From the NCBI GenBank assembly GCA_035327825.1, contig DAOLCO010000013.1, forward strand, positions 8,033 through 72,032: a stretch of 64,000 nt of DNA, read 5' to 3'. The notes under the pieces were generated by a model. That model did not search any database and was not told the DNA's origin. It saw only the letters and a list, made by a program, of their open reading frames with translations. The translations under genes and the position numbers were made by a program. Positions 8,272 through 17,759 of the stretch are shown piece after piece. The DNA comes from Oligoflexia bacterium (GTDB lineage: Bacteria; Bdellovibrionota_C; UBA2361; SZUA-149; DAOLCO01). Numbering within the stretch: position 1 is the first letter of the stretch; every line of letters starts with the position of its first letter.

Positions 8272-8673
8272 CTAGAGAGCCCGCCTAAGAGCTGTAGTAA
8301 GAGCATCTTCAACATCACTTACGGAAAAAGGGTAGCTCAGAAAACCATTTGCACCGACCTGATTAGCTTCAAGCAGTATTTCTCTGCTCATATTTGGACT
8401 GAATAAAACAATGGGCAGGCTCTTTGAAGTTCCCCCTCTAAGTTCTCTGATTAACTCTAGTCCGTTAAAACTACTGCCCTCATGACAAAAAAAGGCAACA
8501 TCATAGCGCTTTTTTCTAATCATACTTAATGCGGATTTTGAATCTGAGGCTGTTTCAATATCCGCAGATTTGTGTCCAAGACTGGTTAGAATGGTACGCA
8601 GCTGTCGTTGTCTTGTCGCATCGCTTTCAGTAATAAGGATACGCATATTCTGAAAATTCAAGTTAGTGCTCAT
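8272..8673 (-). CDS. Single-domain CheY-like receiver with degenerate phosphorylation-site residues
   Basis: Receiver-fold pattern (MRILITESD..., NGLELIRELR, LPIVLFS, GANGFLSYPF). By hand alignment to CheY, D57 aligns to Cys (DVAFFCHEG) and K109 to Tyr (FLSYPF). ATG at 8646 is an alternative start. Confidence 0.7.
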   Translation of the reverse strand: MSTNLNFQNMRILITESDATRQRQLRTILTSLGHKSADIETASDSKSALSMIRKKRYDVAFFCHEGSSFNGLELIRELRGGTSKSLPIVLFSPNMSREILLEANQVGANGFLSYPFSVSDVEDALTTALRRAL

Positions 8674-9112
8674 TACCTGTAATGCTCCAAGCTACGAAAA
8701 TATCAGTGTCCGTTCCAGTTAATCATTAGTTTCTATGGAGAAGGTAGCGAACCCTCCCTAGAGTATTATCGACAAGATATAACTTTGGGTAAAGTATTTA
8801 TTTATATGAATTAATCGTCCCTTTTGTTCAGAGGTGGAGGGAATTAGGGGTGATTGAAGACAGTAGGTTTGGGGGGGTCTTTTAAGCCAAGAGTATTATG
8901 AAACCTAGTTTTTTCGAGTTTGCTTTCCTTCGCTAAGACTTTTGATATCCGTTAAGATTCTGATATGGAGATCAAATTAGACAAGGGGCAGATATTCAAT
9001 TCCGATACATTTAGTGTGCTAATTTCGGCTGGTATTGAGAATGGTGTGTTACTTGCCTTCCTGAAAAAAAATAGGGTTAAATTAAATTTGCTTTAATACG
9101 CAATCATTAAAG

Positions 9113-10084
9113 ATGCAAAACGCCAATAATCAAATTTTTCGAAATTCTTCCTTTTCTCCTGCAAGAAGACTTTCCAGTGGAATTGGAGTGGTAGTAACCG
9201 GCGGGCCGTTATCACCTGAGAGAACTGAGATGGGTTTCAAGGCTATAAAATCCCTTGGTTATACTTACAGCAGTCCCCTGAGTCCATCGCAATACTACGG
9301 CGATTACAGCCATGGTTTTGCAAATGGCAGTGTCAGAGAAAGACTTAAGGCAGCTCTCGACATTCTTGGTGATGACAAGTTTGATGTTCTTCTTGCGTCT
9401 CGTGGTGCTTCTGGTGCTTATGAAATAGTACCTGGCTTTCCCTATGAATCTTTTAGAAATGAAAAAAAACTTCTTATAGGGCAATCTGATGTCACCTGTC
9501 TTTTAGTTCAGATGCCTGGGCGTGCTGGTATTCCAGCAATTCACGGTTCAACTCTTGGGGCAGAGTTCGCCGATTATGAAAAGAGTATAGAAGCCAGGGA
9601 GTCAGTTGATACTTTGGTAAAATTGATTTCTGACCCTTCATACAGGTATGAATTATCAGGACGTCAAATAAAAAACGGAACAAGCTCTGAAGGGTATATA
9701 ATTGCTGGAAACTTGAGTATGCTCGTGAGTTTGATGGGAACTCCCTGGGATGTATGCTACGGCGGGTCTATATTGGTTCTTGAGGAGGTCGGGGAAGCAC
9801 CATTTCGGGTGCAGAGAATGTTGATGCAGATGTTGTACGGAGGTAAATTGGGTGATCTAAAGGGGCTTTGCTTTGGTCGTTTTTCCAGATGCGAAAGCAA
9901 GGCAGGGCCAACCGTTAATGATGTGATTAAGGGTTTTGTAGGAGAGAATTTGCAAAAATTTGATTATCCAATATTAACTGATCTTCCCGTTGGACATTGG
10001 GGTAAAAGCCTTCCCTTGCCTGTTGGCTGTATGGCTGTTGTCAGGGATGAAAACTTGCAAGTTTTGGAGAGTCCAATAGAATAG
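9113..10084 (+). CDS. ldcA: LD-carboxypeptidase (peptidase S66, LdcA-like)
   Basis: S66 pattern: GQSDVTCLL (nucleophile Ser), IIAGNLSMLVSLMGTPW, LEEVGE and DLPVGHW (His). Confidence 0.75.
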   Translation: MQNANNQIFRNSSFSPARRLSSGIGVVVTGGPLSPERTEMGFKAIKSLGYTYSSPLSPSQYYGDYSHGFANGSVRERLKAALDILGDDKFDVLLASRGASGAYEIVPGFPYESFRNEKKLLIGQSDVTCLLVQMPGRAGIPAIHGSTLGAEFADYEKSIEARESVDTLVKLISDPSYRYELSGRQIKNGTSSEGYIIAGNLSMLVSLMGTPWDVCYGGSILVLEEVGEAPFRVQRMLMQMLYGGKLGDLKGLCFGRFSRCESKAGPTVNDVIKGFVGENLQKFDYPILTDLPVGHWGKSLPLPVGCMAVVRDENLQVLESPIE

Positions 10085-10125
10085 GACTGGTATATCTGTG
10101 AAAAGATAAATAACTAAGGTGCGTA

Positions 10126-11565
10126 ATGGGTAAAATACAGCAGGCAAAGTTGCTGGATCGAGTTGAAGATCCCATGTGTAAGGTTGAAGAAAGTGGGAGA
10201 GGCGATCTTACTACTTCATCCTGTGCTCATGAAGATGATAAAAAAACAATTCCTGCTGATACTGCTACTGAGAATACTGCTCCTGTATTTCGACAAGTTG
10301 AAAATGTGCTACGACTTGCCATGGGAGAGGGCCCTCGTGAAGCTCTAAAGGAATCAGACACCGGTAGCCTGGAAAGGGTTTTGGGTGGATCTAACTCCAG
10401 CTCCTTATTTCGTAAATATTCCCTCGGAAAAATTTTTAGTGCTGCTGAGTTATGTATAAGTCGTGGTGGAGAGGTCTTATTTCACAAAGCATTAGGCTCT
10501 CTTCGTGAAAGCGATATTTCCAGTCCAGTGTTGGAAAAGGGTAAAGCCAATTCCCGCTCCGATGATAAGCCTTTAATTAAGGGTCTTGCTTATGATCTTG
10601 GGTCAATTACCCAGGTTCTTGCTACTGTCACGATTTTTATCAAACTAATGGAGCAAAAACTTATCAGTCCGGATCTTAAGGTATCCAGGATTTTACAGAC
10701 TTTTGGTTCCGCCGGAAAGGAAGCAATGACACTAGGGCATCTTCTTACTCATACTTCCGGTCTTCCTGCGTGGATGCCCGTGCATAGAACAATGATAAAG
10801 GGCCAGCCTAACCTTAATTCATTAATGACAAGAAGGTCTAGTCTTCATATTCTGTTTAATGAATTATATCGGGCGCGTCTTGAAAATTTGCCAGGAAAAG
10901 TTTACCGACCAAGTGATTTGGGTTTTTTGTTACTTGGTCAAGTTCTTGAGGTGGTAACTGGAACCACATTTTCTAAACTTTACTCTCAGCTTGTTGCGAA
11001 GCCTCTCAAGTTACCAAGTACAGGATTTATTGATCTAGAGAAAATTCGCCGTAAGGATTTATTTCTTGATACAGACATGATCGTAAGCTCTGCATATTGT
11101 CCTTGGAGACGCAGGGTTATTCATGGAGAGGTTAATGATGAAATTTGCTGGGCTTTGGGTGGAGTATCCTCTCATAGTGGATTATTTGGAACTGTTAGTG
11201 ATCTTCACAGGTTTGGAGAACTGGTCTTGGCCGGAATTCATGATTTGTATAAATATCTTCCCGCAGAGATTGTGCGTCAGTCATTTGGTTTTGATTTGAC
11301 TAAAAAGATTACCGAAGCTCCAAATCCGAATCTTCCCTTTGGCTGGCAGCTTGGTCGCATTCCTGCTTCTATGCCTGATCAAGCATCAAGAAATATATAT
11401 TACTGCCTTAGTAAAACTGGTGCAGGTTTGTGGTTGGATCCTGTATCTGGTGTGGTAATATCCTTAATGACAAATGCAGGACAATTTGATCGAGAAACAA
11501 AAAAATTCATTGAGTTTGTTCCTGATTTTATTTCTATCCTGTTTTCTAAAGAGACATTTTCTTAA
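10126..11565 (+). CDS. Beta-lactamase/transpeptidase-fold serine-hydrolase family protein with an atypical active-site motif
   Basis: Family pattern YDLGSITQVLAT..., LLTHTSGLP, PGKVYRPSDLGFLLLGQVLEVVTG, HSGLFGT. The usual S-x-x-K reads S-I-T-Q. No signal peptide, and a ~55-aa N-terminal extension. Confidence 0.65.
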   Translation: MGKIQQAKLLDRVEDPMCKVEESGRGDLTTSSCAHEDDKKTIPADTATENTAPVFRQVENVLRLAMGEGPREALKESDTGSLERVLGGSNSSSLFRKYSLGKIFSAAELCISRGGEVLFHKALGSLRESDISSPVLEKGKANSRSDDKPLIKGLAYDLGSITQVLATVTIFIKLMEQKLISPDLKVSRILQTFGSAGKEAMTLGHLLTHTSGLPAWMPVHRTMIKGQPNLNSLMTRRSSLHILFNELYRARLENLPGKVYRPSDLGFLLLGQVLEVVTGTTFSKLYSQLVAKPLKLPSTGFIDLEKIRRKDLFLDTDMIVSSAYCPWRRRVIHGEVNDEICWALGGVSSHSGLFGTVSDLHRFGELVLAGIHDLYKYLPAEIVRQSFGFDLTKKITEAPNPNLPFGWQLGRIPASMPDQASRNIYYCLSKTGAGLWLDPVSGVVISLMTNAGQFDRETKKFIEFVPDFISILFSKETFS

Positions 11566-11575
11566 ATCTTCATAG

Positions 11576-12868
11576 TTGCCAAATGGAGCATCTTTCCTGT
11601 CTATGGGATATTACCCCGGAATAAACTGGCTTGATTCTCTACCTCCATGGGATGGAAATAACTTCTCTCCATTGGAAGTTCCTCGTCAAATACTGAAGGA
11701 GCTTGGTAATCCACAGGATGCTTATCCCTCAGTTCACATTGCTGGCACTAATGGCAAGGGCAGCGTTTCGAATTTTATAAGTTCTATTCTTCAGGCGCAA
11801 AGTAGAGATAACTTCGTTGGCTTACTTACCTCACCACATATTCTTTGTGTAAGTGAGCGAGCAAGATTAAACGGAAAAAATGCTTCACTTGAGGAAATTT
11901 CAGATAGCCTTGTTGAAGTCAGAAAAGTCTGTGAAAAATGTAATATTTCCCCAACATATTTTGTTGCGATTACTGTGGCAACATTCCTGCTTTTCAGGAT
12001 TTTAAAAGTAAATTATGCCGTCATTGAAGTTGGGCTTGGAGGTCGGTTTGATGTTACAAACCTTCTTTCAAAACCACTTCTTACTGTTATTACTTCAATT
12101 TCATTCGATCATCAGGCCCATTTGGGATCTACTCTCAAAGAAATTGCATGGAACAAGGCCGGAATCGCAAAGAATCTCGTGCCAATGTTGTTCTCTTCTT
12201 CTATTGCCGAAGAGGCAAAATCAGAGATTATCAAGGAGTGCGAAATTGTGGGAAGTCCTGTAATTGAAGGCCGGGATGATGAAAGATTTGGGAAATTATT
12301 TCACAAATATTCTTATCAGTATAAAAATGCCATGCTGGCAGCTCAAGCGGCACTTTTATTGGGATGTGATGAGTCAGCAATTAAAAAGGGTCTTTCAGGT
12401 ACAAAAGTTACAGGGAGATTACAGTATTTTTCTCCATCAGAAGATTCAGATATAAGAAGTGGTATATTGCTGGATGCTGCGCATAATGCAGAGGGTGTAA
12501 GGGAATTATTCAGGTTTGTATCTGGATTTTTGTCAGAGAGCAATTTTTCTTCATTGACTATAGTGTGTAATTTTCTGTCGCGTAAGGACTGGAAAGCCTC
12601 ACTTGATGAATTGCGTAGATCATTGCGCGGTATATCAACTGGTTTTAATTTTGCATATTATTCCCTTGAGCATAAAGGTGGAGTGCCTATTGATGATCTG
12701 ATCTATGAATTGGGTCACGGAAGAATTTATAGAAATCACCAGGATTTACTAATACACGAATCACAATTTGATAATCGGTTAATAGTCTGCTTTGGTAGTT
12801 TTTATGTGGTATCTGATTTTCTAACTCTTCTTTCGGAATCAAAATCCTGTAACTTCAATACCTTATAG
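11576..12868 (+). CDS. folC: Bifunctional folylpolyglutamate synthase / dihydrofolate synthase
   Basis: Mur-ligase-type P-loop HIAGTNGKGSV, then EVGLGGRFD and LLDAAHNAEG. TTG at 11576; ATG at 11603 is an alternative start. Confidence 0.8.
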   Translation: MPNGASFLSMGYYPGINWLDSLPPWDGNNFSPLEVPRQILKELGNPQDAYPSVHIAGTNGKGSVSNFISSILQAQSRDNFVGLLTSPHILCVSERARLNGKNASLEEISDSLVEVRKVCEKCNISPTYFVAITVATFLLFRILKVNYAVIEVGLGGRFDVTNLLSKPLLTVITSISFDHQAHLGSTLKEIAWNKAGIAKNLVPMLFSSSIAEEAKSEIIKECEIVGSPVIEGRDDERFGKLFHKYSYQYKNAMLAAQAALLLGCDESAIKKGLSGTKVTGRLQYFSPSEDSDIRSGILLDAAHNAEGVRELFRFVSGFLSESNFSSLTIVCNFLSRKDWKASLDELRRSLRGISTGFNFAYYSLEHKGGVPIDDLIYELGHGRIYRNHQDLLIHESQFDNRLIVCFGSFYVVSDFLTLLSESKSCNFNTL

Positions 12869-12947
12869 TTGATTTTATTTTTACTCCAGAAAGCATACTT
12901 ATTAGTCGATAAAGTGACTAACTAATAAGATTATCAGGGACTTAACT

Positions 12948-14021
12948 TTGGCAATCAGAACTGATCCGGGATTTATCTCAAATTTAAGAGATCAACTACT
13001 CGCTGTTGAGGGTAAGGATGGTCTCGCCCTTGAGCCTGGAACACTAATCGGTGAAGAATATGTAATTGAAAAGAAAATTAATGAAGGTGGTAGTGCTGTA
13101 ATATATAAATGCCATCCCAGAAGTGAGCCTGATAAAGTATATGCCATAAAAGTTACTTATCCACAAAGTGCAAATGCAGCAAGGCGATTTCAAGCAGAGG
13201 TTACAGCGTCATATCAGGTTCGACATCCCCATGTTCTAAGAAGTATAGATTGCATAATTCACGGTAAGGCCTTGGCATATATAATGGAGTATGCACCAGG
13301 TGGGGACTTGCGCGACGTTTTGGACAAGGGAAAGGAAATTCCAATTTCCACATTTCTGATTATTGCAAGACAGCTTTCTGCCGGGCTTTCTGCTATTCAC
13401 AAGAAAGCAATTGTGCACAGGGATATTAAGCCTGAAAACATTCTTTTCTCGGCGGATGGACAAATCAAGATAGCTGATTTTGGAATTTCATTCAGTAGTC
13501 AGGTAAGTAGAATTACTGCTAATGGATCACTTGTTGGTACTATAAACTATATGGCCCCAGAGTATGTAAAGAGGGGGATTTTTGATCCGCGTGCTGATAT
13601 TTTTTCTCTTGGAATAATGCTTTATGAGTTACTTACTGGAAAACACCCTTATGGTTATTCAAAAAGCCTGGAAGAATTGCTTGAAAAAATGGAAAAACCA
13701 ATACCACCTGTGCATGCTATCCGTCCTGATTGTCCCTTGCGCTTAAGTTCACTGTTGAGTCGTATTATTGCTGTGAATCCTGAAGAGCGAATCCAGTTTG
13801 CTGATGAGCTAGAGATTGAGTTTACAGAAATAGAGCAGGAATACTGTTTGAATGTATCAGAAGATGAGCTTGTGGGTGAGATAAAAAATGCAATGCCTCG
13901 AATGAATTTTGTTGATAACATTTCGCAGGAGCCATTATTTGGTGCGGCAATATTTATAAGTGGCGTCGCATTAGTGGGTAGCGTGCTTATAGTTCTGTTA
14001 ATAGCTTTTCGTTTGATATAA
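12948..14021 (+). CDS. Hanks-type Ser/Thr protein kinase with a C-terminal membrane anchor
   Basis: GGSAVIYKC...YAIKV, HRDIKPENIL, DFG and APE motifs. C-terminal hydrophobic segment LFGAAIFISGVALVGSVLIVLLIAF. TTG start. Confidence 0.85.
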   Translation: MAIRTDPGFISNLRDQLLAVEGKDGLALEPGTLIGEEYVIEKKINEGGSAVIYKCHPRSEPDKVYAIKVTYPQSANAARRFQAEVTASYQVRHPHVLRSIDCIIHGKALAYIMEYAPGGDLRDVLDKGKEIPISTFLIIARQLSAGLSAIHKKAIVHRDIKPENILFSADGQIKIADFGISFSSQVSRITANGSLVGTINYMAPEYVKRGIFDPRADIFSLGIMLYELLTGKHPYGYSKSLEELLEKMEKPIPPVHAIRPDCPLRLSSLLSRIIAVNPEERIQFADELEIEFTEIEQEYCLNVSEDELVGEIKNAMPRMNFVDNISQEPLFGAAIFISGVALVGSVLIVLLIAFRLI

Positions 14022-14023
14022 AC

Positions 14024-17000
14024 TCATTCAGTGATAATACTGGCGAGTGCTTCTTCGAGCTGTGATGGAATGAAGGGTTTCTGAATAAATCCTGAATATT
14101 TTCGAGAGTCTTCAACTTGTGTGCTAAGAATATCTTCTACTGTTCCGTGCTCGCTATATCCACTGGTTAAGAGTACTGGTATTTCAGGATGTATTTCTCT
14201 AATTCTGTATAGTGCTTCCTTTCCATCAACATTTGGCATGGTTAAGTCCAAAACAACTGCTGTCAGATTTGGTTGAAGTCTCCTAAAAAGCCTAAGTCCC
14301 TCCTCTCCGTCCTGGGCTACTATTACCTGAAAACCTAAATTTTCAAGCATAAGTTTGCATACTTCTTGTGGTATTGCTTCATCTTCTATTAATAGAATTG
14401 GATTGTTTTTAAATTTTGGAAGAACATTTTTTACTGTTACAGAAGGTTCCGTTGGTGAACCATCTACGGATTTATTAAATATAGGAATGAAAACCCTGAA
14501 TATGGAACCCTTGTTCTGTTCTGTGCTTACTGACAGAGCTCCGCTATGTGCCTTTACAATGCCCTGAACGGAAGCAAGGCCAAGTCCTCTTCCTGTAAAT
14601 TTTGTAGTGTAAAATGGATCAAAAATGCTTCCTTTAATCTGAGGAGACATTCCGCAACCGTTATCTTCCACTTCAAGAACAGCATAAGGCCCATTTTCAA
14701 TCAGATTTGAATCAGGGCATAGGTCTGGTGGAGATTCTGTCAGCATTACCCTGAAAGTTCGAATTGATATAGTTGCATTTTCTCTGTTTTCCAAAGCGTC
14801 AGCAGCGTTTGTTATCAGATTCATTATGACTTGCTGTAATTGTCCAGAATCTGCTTCAATAATCAGTGGGTCAGGGTCAATTGAGAACTCAAGTGAGATT
14901 CTTCTGGAAGTAAAGCAATCTAAAAGTTCGGTAGTCTCTCTGACCAGTTCCGTAAGGTCAAGTTCTGTTTTGCAAACTGTCCCCTTGCCAGAGTAAGCCA
15001 GTAGTTGATTTGTCAGTTCTGCTGCTTTTTTTGCAGCAGAAACAGATTTAAGGATGTATTGATAAGCCGGATCTTTTTCCCTGATTTGTGACAGGCCAAG
15101 TGCGGAGTTCCCAAGAATACCAAGTAGTAGGTTGTTGAAGTCATGAGCGATTCCGCTTGCTAAAATACCAAGACTTTCCAGTTTTTGAGTATGTTCCAGT
15201 TTTACAAGCCATTCGCGATATTGTTCCTCATATCGTTTGCGCTCAGTAATGTCTGTTGCTACCCCCAGAACCATTATTGGTTTACCGTCCTGATCATGTA
15301 TCGGGCGTTTTACGGTTTGAAGGTAACGAACTTCACCAGACGCAAGACCAAGTTCTTCCTCAATGTTTCTAAGTTCAACATTATTATCAATTACAAACTG
15401 GTCAGCTTCCCTGAATTTTCTGACTTCGGCAGTATTTGGATTGAAAAACGCATCTGTTTTTCCAAGCATTTCTTCGGGAGTTGTTCCATATGCACATGCT
15501 ACTGCTTTATTTGCAAGGGTAAATGCACCTCGATGATCCTTTGCAAAAATCAGATTGGGGTCAGTATCTATAATTGTTCTAAGGAAATTTTTCTGTCTAA
15601 TTAGTTCTTGGGTGGCGATTTTTCTGGCTGTGATTTCAACTGCCTGTAACAGAAAATAATTTCTGTTTTTCAGAGCGGCTTTAACCCAGGAAATATTAAT
15701 CAGTAGCCAACGATTTTCTCCAGTTTTGGGATCGACCAGGGTTTCTTCGAACTCCATATTTTTCCCAGAGCGACTTTTTAGAAAAGATCGAAGGATATGG
15801 CCGTCCTCATTAAGTGAAGGTAAAATCTGGCCTATGGACATTTTTGAAAGTTCGTATGGTCGCATAGCTACAAAGTTTGCAAGTGCCTGATTGGATTTAA
15901 TTATCAGGCCACTACGACTGACTAGGGCCATTGCAACGGATGATCCCTGAAAGGCTGCTCGTGCTATTGCAATACTCTCCTGCTGTAATTGTCTGGTATG
16001 AGCGTATTCACTGAGTATAGAAAGGGCATCGGCTGCACTTAAAATTAGGTTTCTTGATCCTTCGTTCCAGGTTGGAACTGGAGGATGGAATTCTACGATA
16101 AGTACTCCCCGGATTTGATCTGAATCGGGCTTTTGTCCAAAGGATGATATAAGGAGAGAAGAATTCTTTATAGGAGTAATTATGGAAGATAGACTTGAAA
16201 CAAGACCATTATATTCTGAAGAATTGTTAATCCATAATGATGAATGACTTGACACAACTTGATAAATTTTTTCAGTAATGTCTTTAGGAATGATTGATTT
16301 TTTTCCTGAAGGAGCTTCAAGCATATATGTTTCGTTGTTTTCCAGAATAATAGCATATGCACGAGGAGCCCCAATAAACTGTTTGATCGAATGGAGACAT
16401 GTTGTTGCTGCATCTTCAAATGTTCTGAATCCTTTTTGAGAACATATGCGCGAAAGTTCCCTGACCATCCGGCGAGATGAAAGTGTTGATGATATGGGTT
16501 CGTTTTTTTGATTTCTAAGATAGACTTTCCACCTGGAAATAATATCCGAAAGTGAAGCAATATAAAGTTTGTCTTCAATGCTCCAGGCACGTGGCCGACC
16601 AACTATGCTTCCAGCAATTACTCCAATCATCTCATCGTTGTGCCAAAGTGCGCTACTGATAACTGACTGAACATTTTTGGGTATCAAATATTTATCTGCA
16701 AAGCCTTTTATTTCCGCACAATCCCGAATATGAGTGATGGCATGTGTTCTTCTGGAGCGTACAACGGAGAGGTATTCAGGGAATTGAGTTATAGGAATCT
16801 GATATCCTGAACCATGAATATTTTTATTGGCTTCGAACAGATCATCGCATGTTATAGCTGTTTTGTTTTCATTAAATGTCCATATTCCTGCTCTATCAAT
16901 ATTTGCTGTGCTGGATATTTCTTCTGTTATGATACGTGCAGCGCTTCTGTAATCGGAGTTTGAGGGTGTAAGAATCCTGGCCATTCGCTCAAGGCTGGCC

Positions 17001-17044
17001 TCAAAGGATTGTAATTCATCAGTTATCAGTTCCGGTTGGGCCAT
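14024..17044 (-). CDS. Hybrid sensor histidine kinase (GAF-like x2, PAS x2, HisKA, HATPase, C-terminal receiver)
   Basis: H-box GIAHDFNNLL; ATPase motifs NLITNAADAL, DNGCGM and GRGLGL. Receiver: ILLIEDE...DLTMPNVDG...KPF. A ~600-aa N-terminal sensory region has PAS-like repeats. Confidence 0.9.
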   Translation of the reverse strand: MAQPELITDELQSFEASLERMARILTPSNSDYRSAARIITEEISSTANIDRAGIWTFNENKTAITCDDLFEANKNIHGSGYQIPITQFPEYLSVVRSRRTHAITHIRDCAEIKGFADKYLIPKNVQSVISSALWHNDEMIGVIAGSIVGRPRAWSIEDKLYIASLSDIISRWKVYLRNQKNEPISSTLSSRRMVRELSRICSQKGFRTFEDAATTCLHSIKQFIGAPRAYAIILENNETYMLEAPSGKKSIIPKDITEKIYQVVSSHSSLWINNSSEYNGLVSSLSSIITPIKNSSLLISSFGQKPDSDQIRGVLIVEFHPPVPTWNEGSRNLILSAADALSILSEYAHTRQLQQESIAIARAAFQGSSVAMALVSRSGLIIKSNQALANFVAMRPYELSKMSIGQILPSLNEDGHILRSFLKSRSGKNMEFEETLVDPKTGENRWLLINISWVKAALKNRNYFLLQAVEITARKIATQELIRQKNFLRTIIDTDPNLIFAKDHRGAFTLANKAVACAYGTTPEEMLGKTDAFFNPNTAEVRKFREADQFVIDNNVELRNIEEELGLASGEVRYLQTVKRPIHDQDGKPIMVLGVATDITERKRYEEQYREWLVKLEHTQKLESLGILASGIAHDFNNLLLGILGNSALGLSQIREKDPAYQYILKSVSAAKKAAELTNQLLAYSGKGTVCKTELDLTELVRETTELLDCFTSRRISLEFSIDPDPLIIEADSGQLQQVIMNLITNAADALENRENATISIRTFRVMLTESPPDLCPDSNLIENGPYAVLEVEDNGCGMSPQIKGSIFDPFYTTKFTGRGLGLASVQGIVKAHSGALSVSTEQNKGSIFRVFIPIFNKSVDGSPTEPSVTVKNVLPKFKNNPILLIEDEAIPQEVCKLMLENLGFQVIVAQDGEEGLRLFRRLQPNLTAVVLDLTMPNVDGKEALYRIREIHPEIPVLLTSGYSEHGTVEDILSTQVEDSRKYSGFIQKPFIPSQLEEALASIITE

Positions 17045-17217
17045 AATTTATTCGTGGTCCTGGGTGATTGATAAACCGAAGGGCCAAAAACAACGGGGAA
17101 AATGAGTAAATCCCCTAATAGCCCATATGTATTTTACCTGCCATAATAATGCTAAGATACCCCAACCTGCACAAAAAACATAAAATTAATCATTATAAGG
17201 GCTTGAAAAATAGCATT

Positions 17218-17223
17218 TATAAT
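17218..17223 (+). promoter_or_regulatory. Candidate -10 box (TATAAT) for tRNA-Thr
   Basis: Perfect TATAAT about 20 nt upstream of the tRNA 5' end. No well-spaced -35: the TTGAAA at 17203 is only 9 nt away. Confidence 0.3.
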
Positions 17224-17243
17224 GGCAATAAGTCTCTCCCCGG

Positions 17244-17316
17244 GCTGACGTAGCTCAACTGGTAGAGCAGCTGACTTGTAATCAGCAGGTTGCGGGTTCA
17301 AGTCCCATCGTCAGCT
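17244..17316 (+). tRNA. tRNA-Thr (anticodon TGT)
   Basis: Cloverleaf folded by hand: acceptor GCTGACG/CGTCAGC, anticodon stem GCTGA/TCAGC with loop CTTGTAA, T-loop TTCAAGT (one C-A mismatch in the T stem). Discriminator T, then an encoded CCA at 17317-17319. Confidence 0.9.
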
Positions 17317-17759
17317 CCAATTATCTCTCGGCTTTCTTGATTATTTCTAATGAGTTAAATAAGAAGCGCTTTATATTATAATGGGAGCGTTCCCTTTGTG
17401 CTTCTATGAACCTGATACTTATCACCTCACTCTGTCCTGTCATATAATCGATAGCAAAACACTAACTCAATGAAAGAGTAGAAAAATAAAATTTGGAAGT
17501 ATGTCAAATTTCTGAAATTACATTTTTATCACAAGTCTCCCAATGGAATTTATTAAAATTAATTTATCATTATTTTTTATCAAACATAATTCAAATTTTA
17601 ACTAATTCCATTTGACAAGTACTTCCTGGCAAGAGATTTTTTGAAATCCTCACAACTATAAAATGATCTAATAAACCCGCTACATAAATAACGTACTAGC
17701 TAAAATACTATTAATAGTTAATTATTTTAGACAAAATAATTAAATCTCAATTTGAGTAT

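Noticed and set aside
8820-8880. G-rich stretch (GGTGGAGGGAATTAGGGGTG...GGGGGGG) in the receiver/ldcA intergenic region as a G-quadruplex or sRNA
   Set aside because: It would need a ~20-nt loop. There is no terminator or conserved structure, so the evidence is too weak.
8964-9095. A 43-aa ORF (MEIKLDKGQIFNSD...) upstream of ldcA
   Set aside because: Short, with no RBS and no recognisable family. It cannot be supported from the sequence alone.
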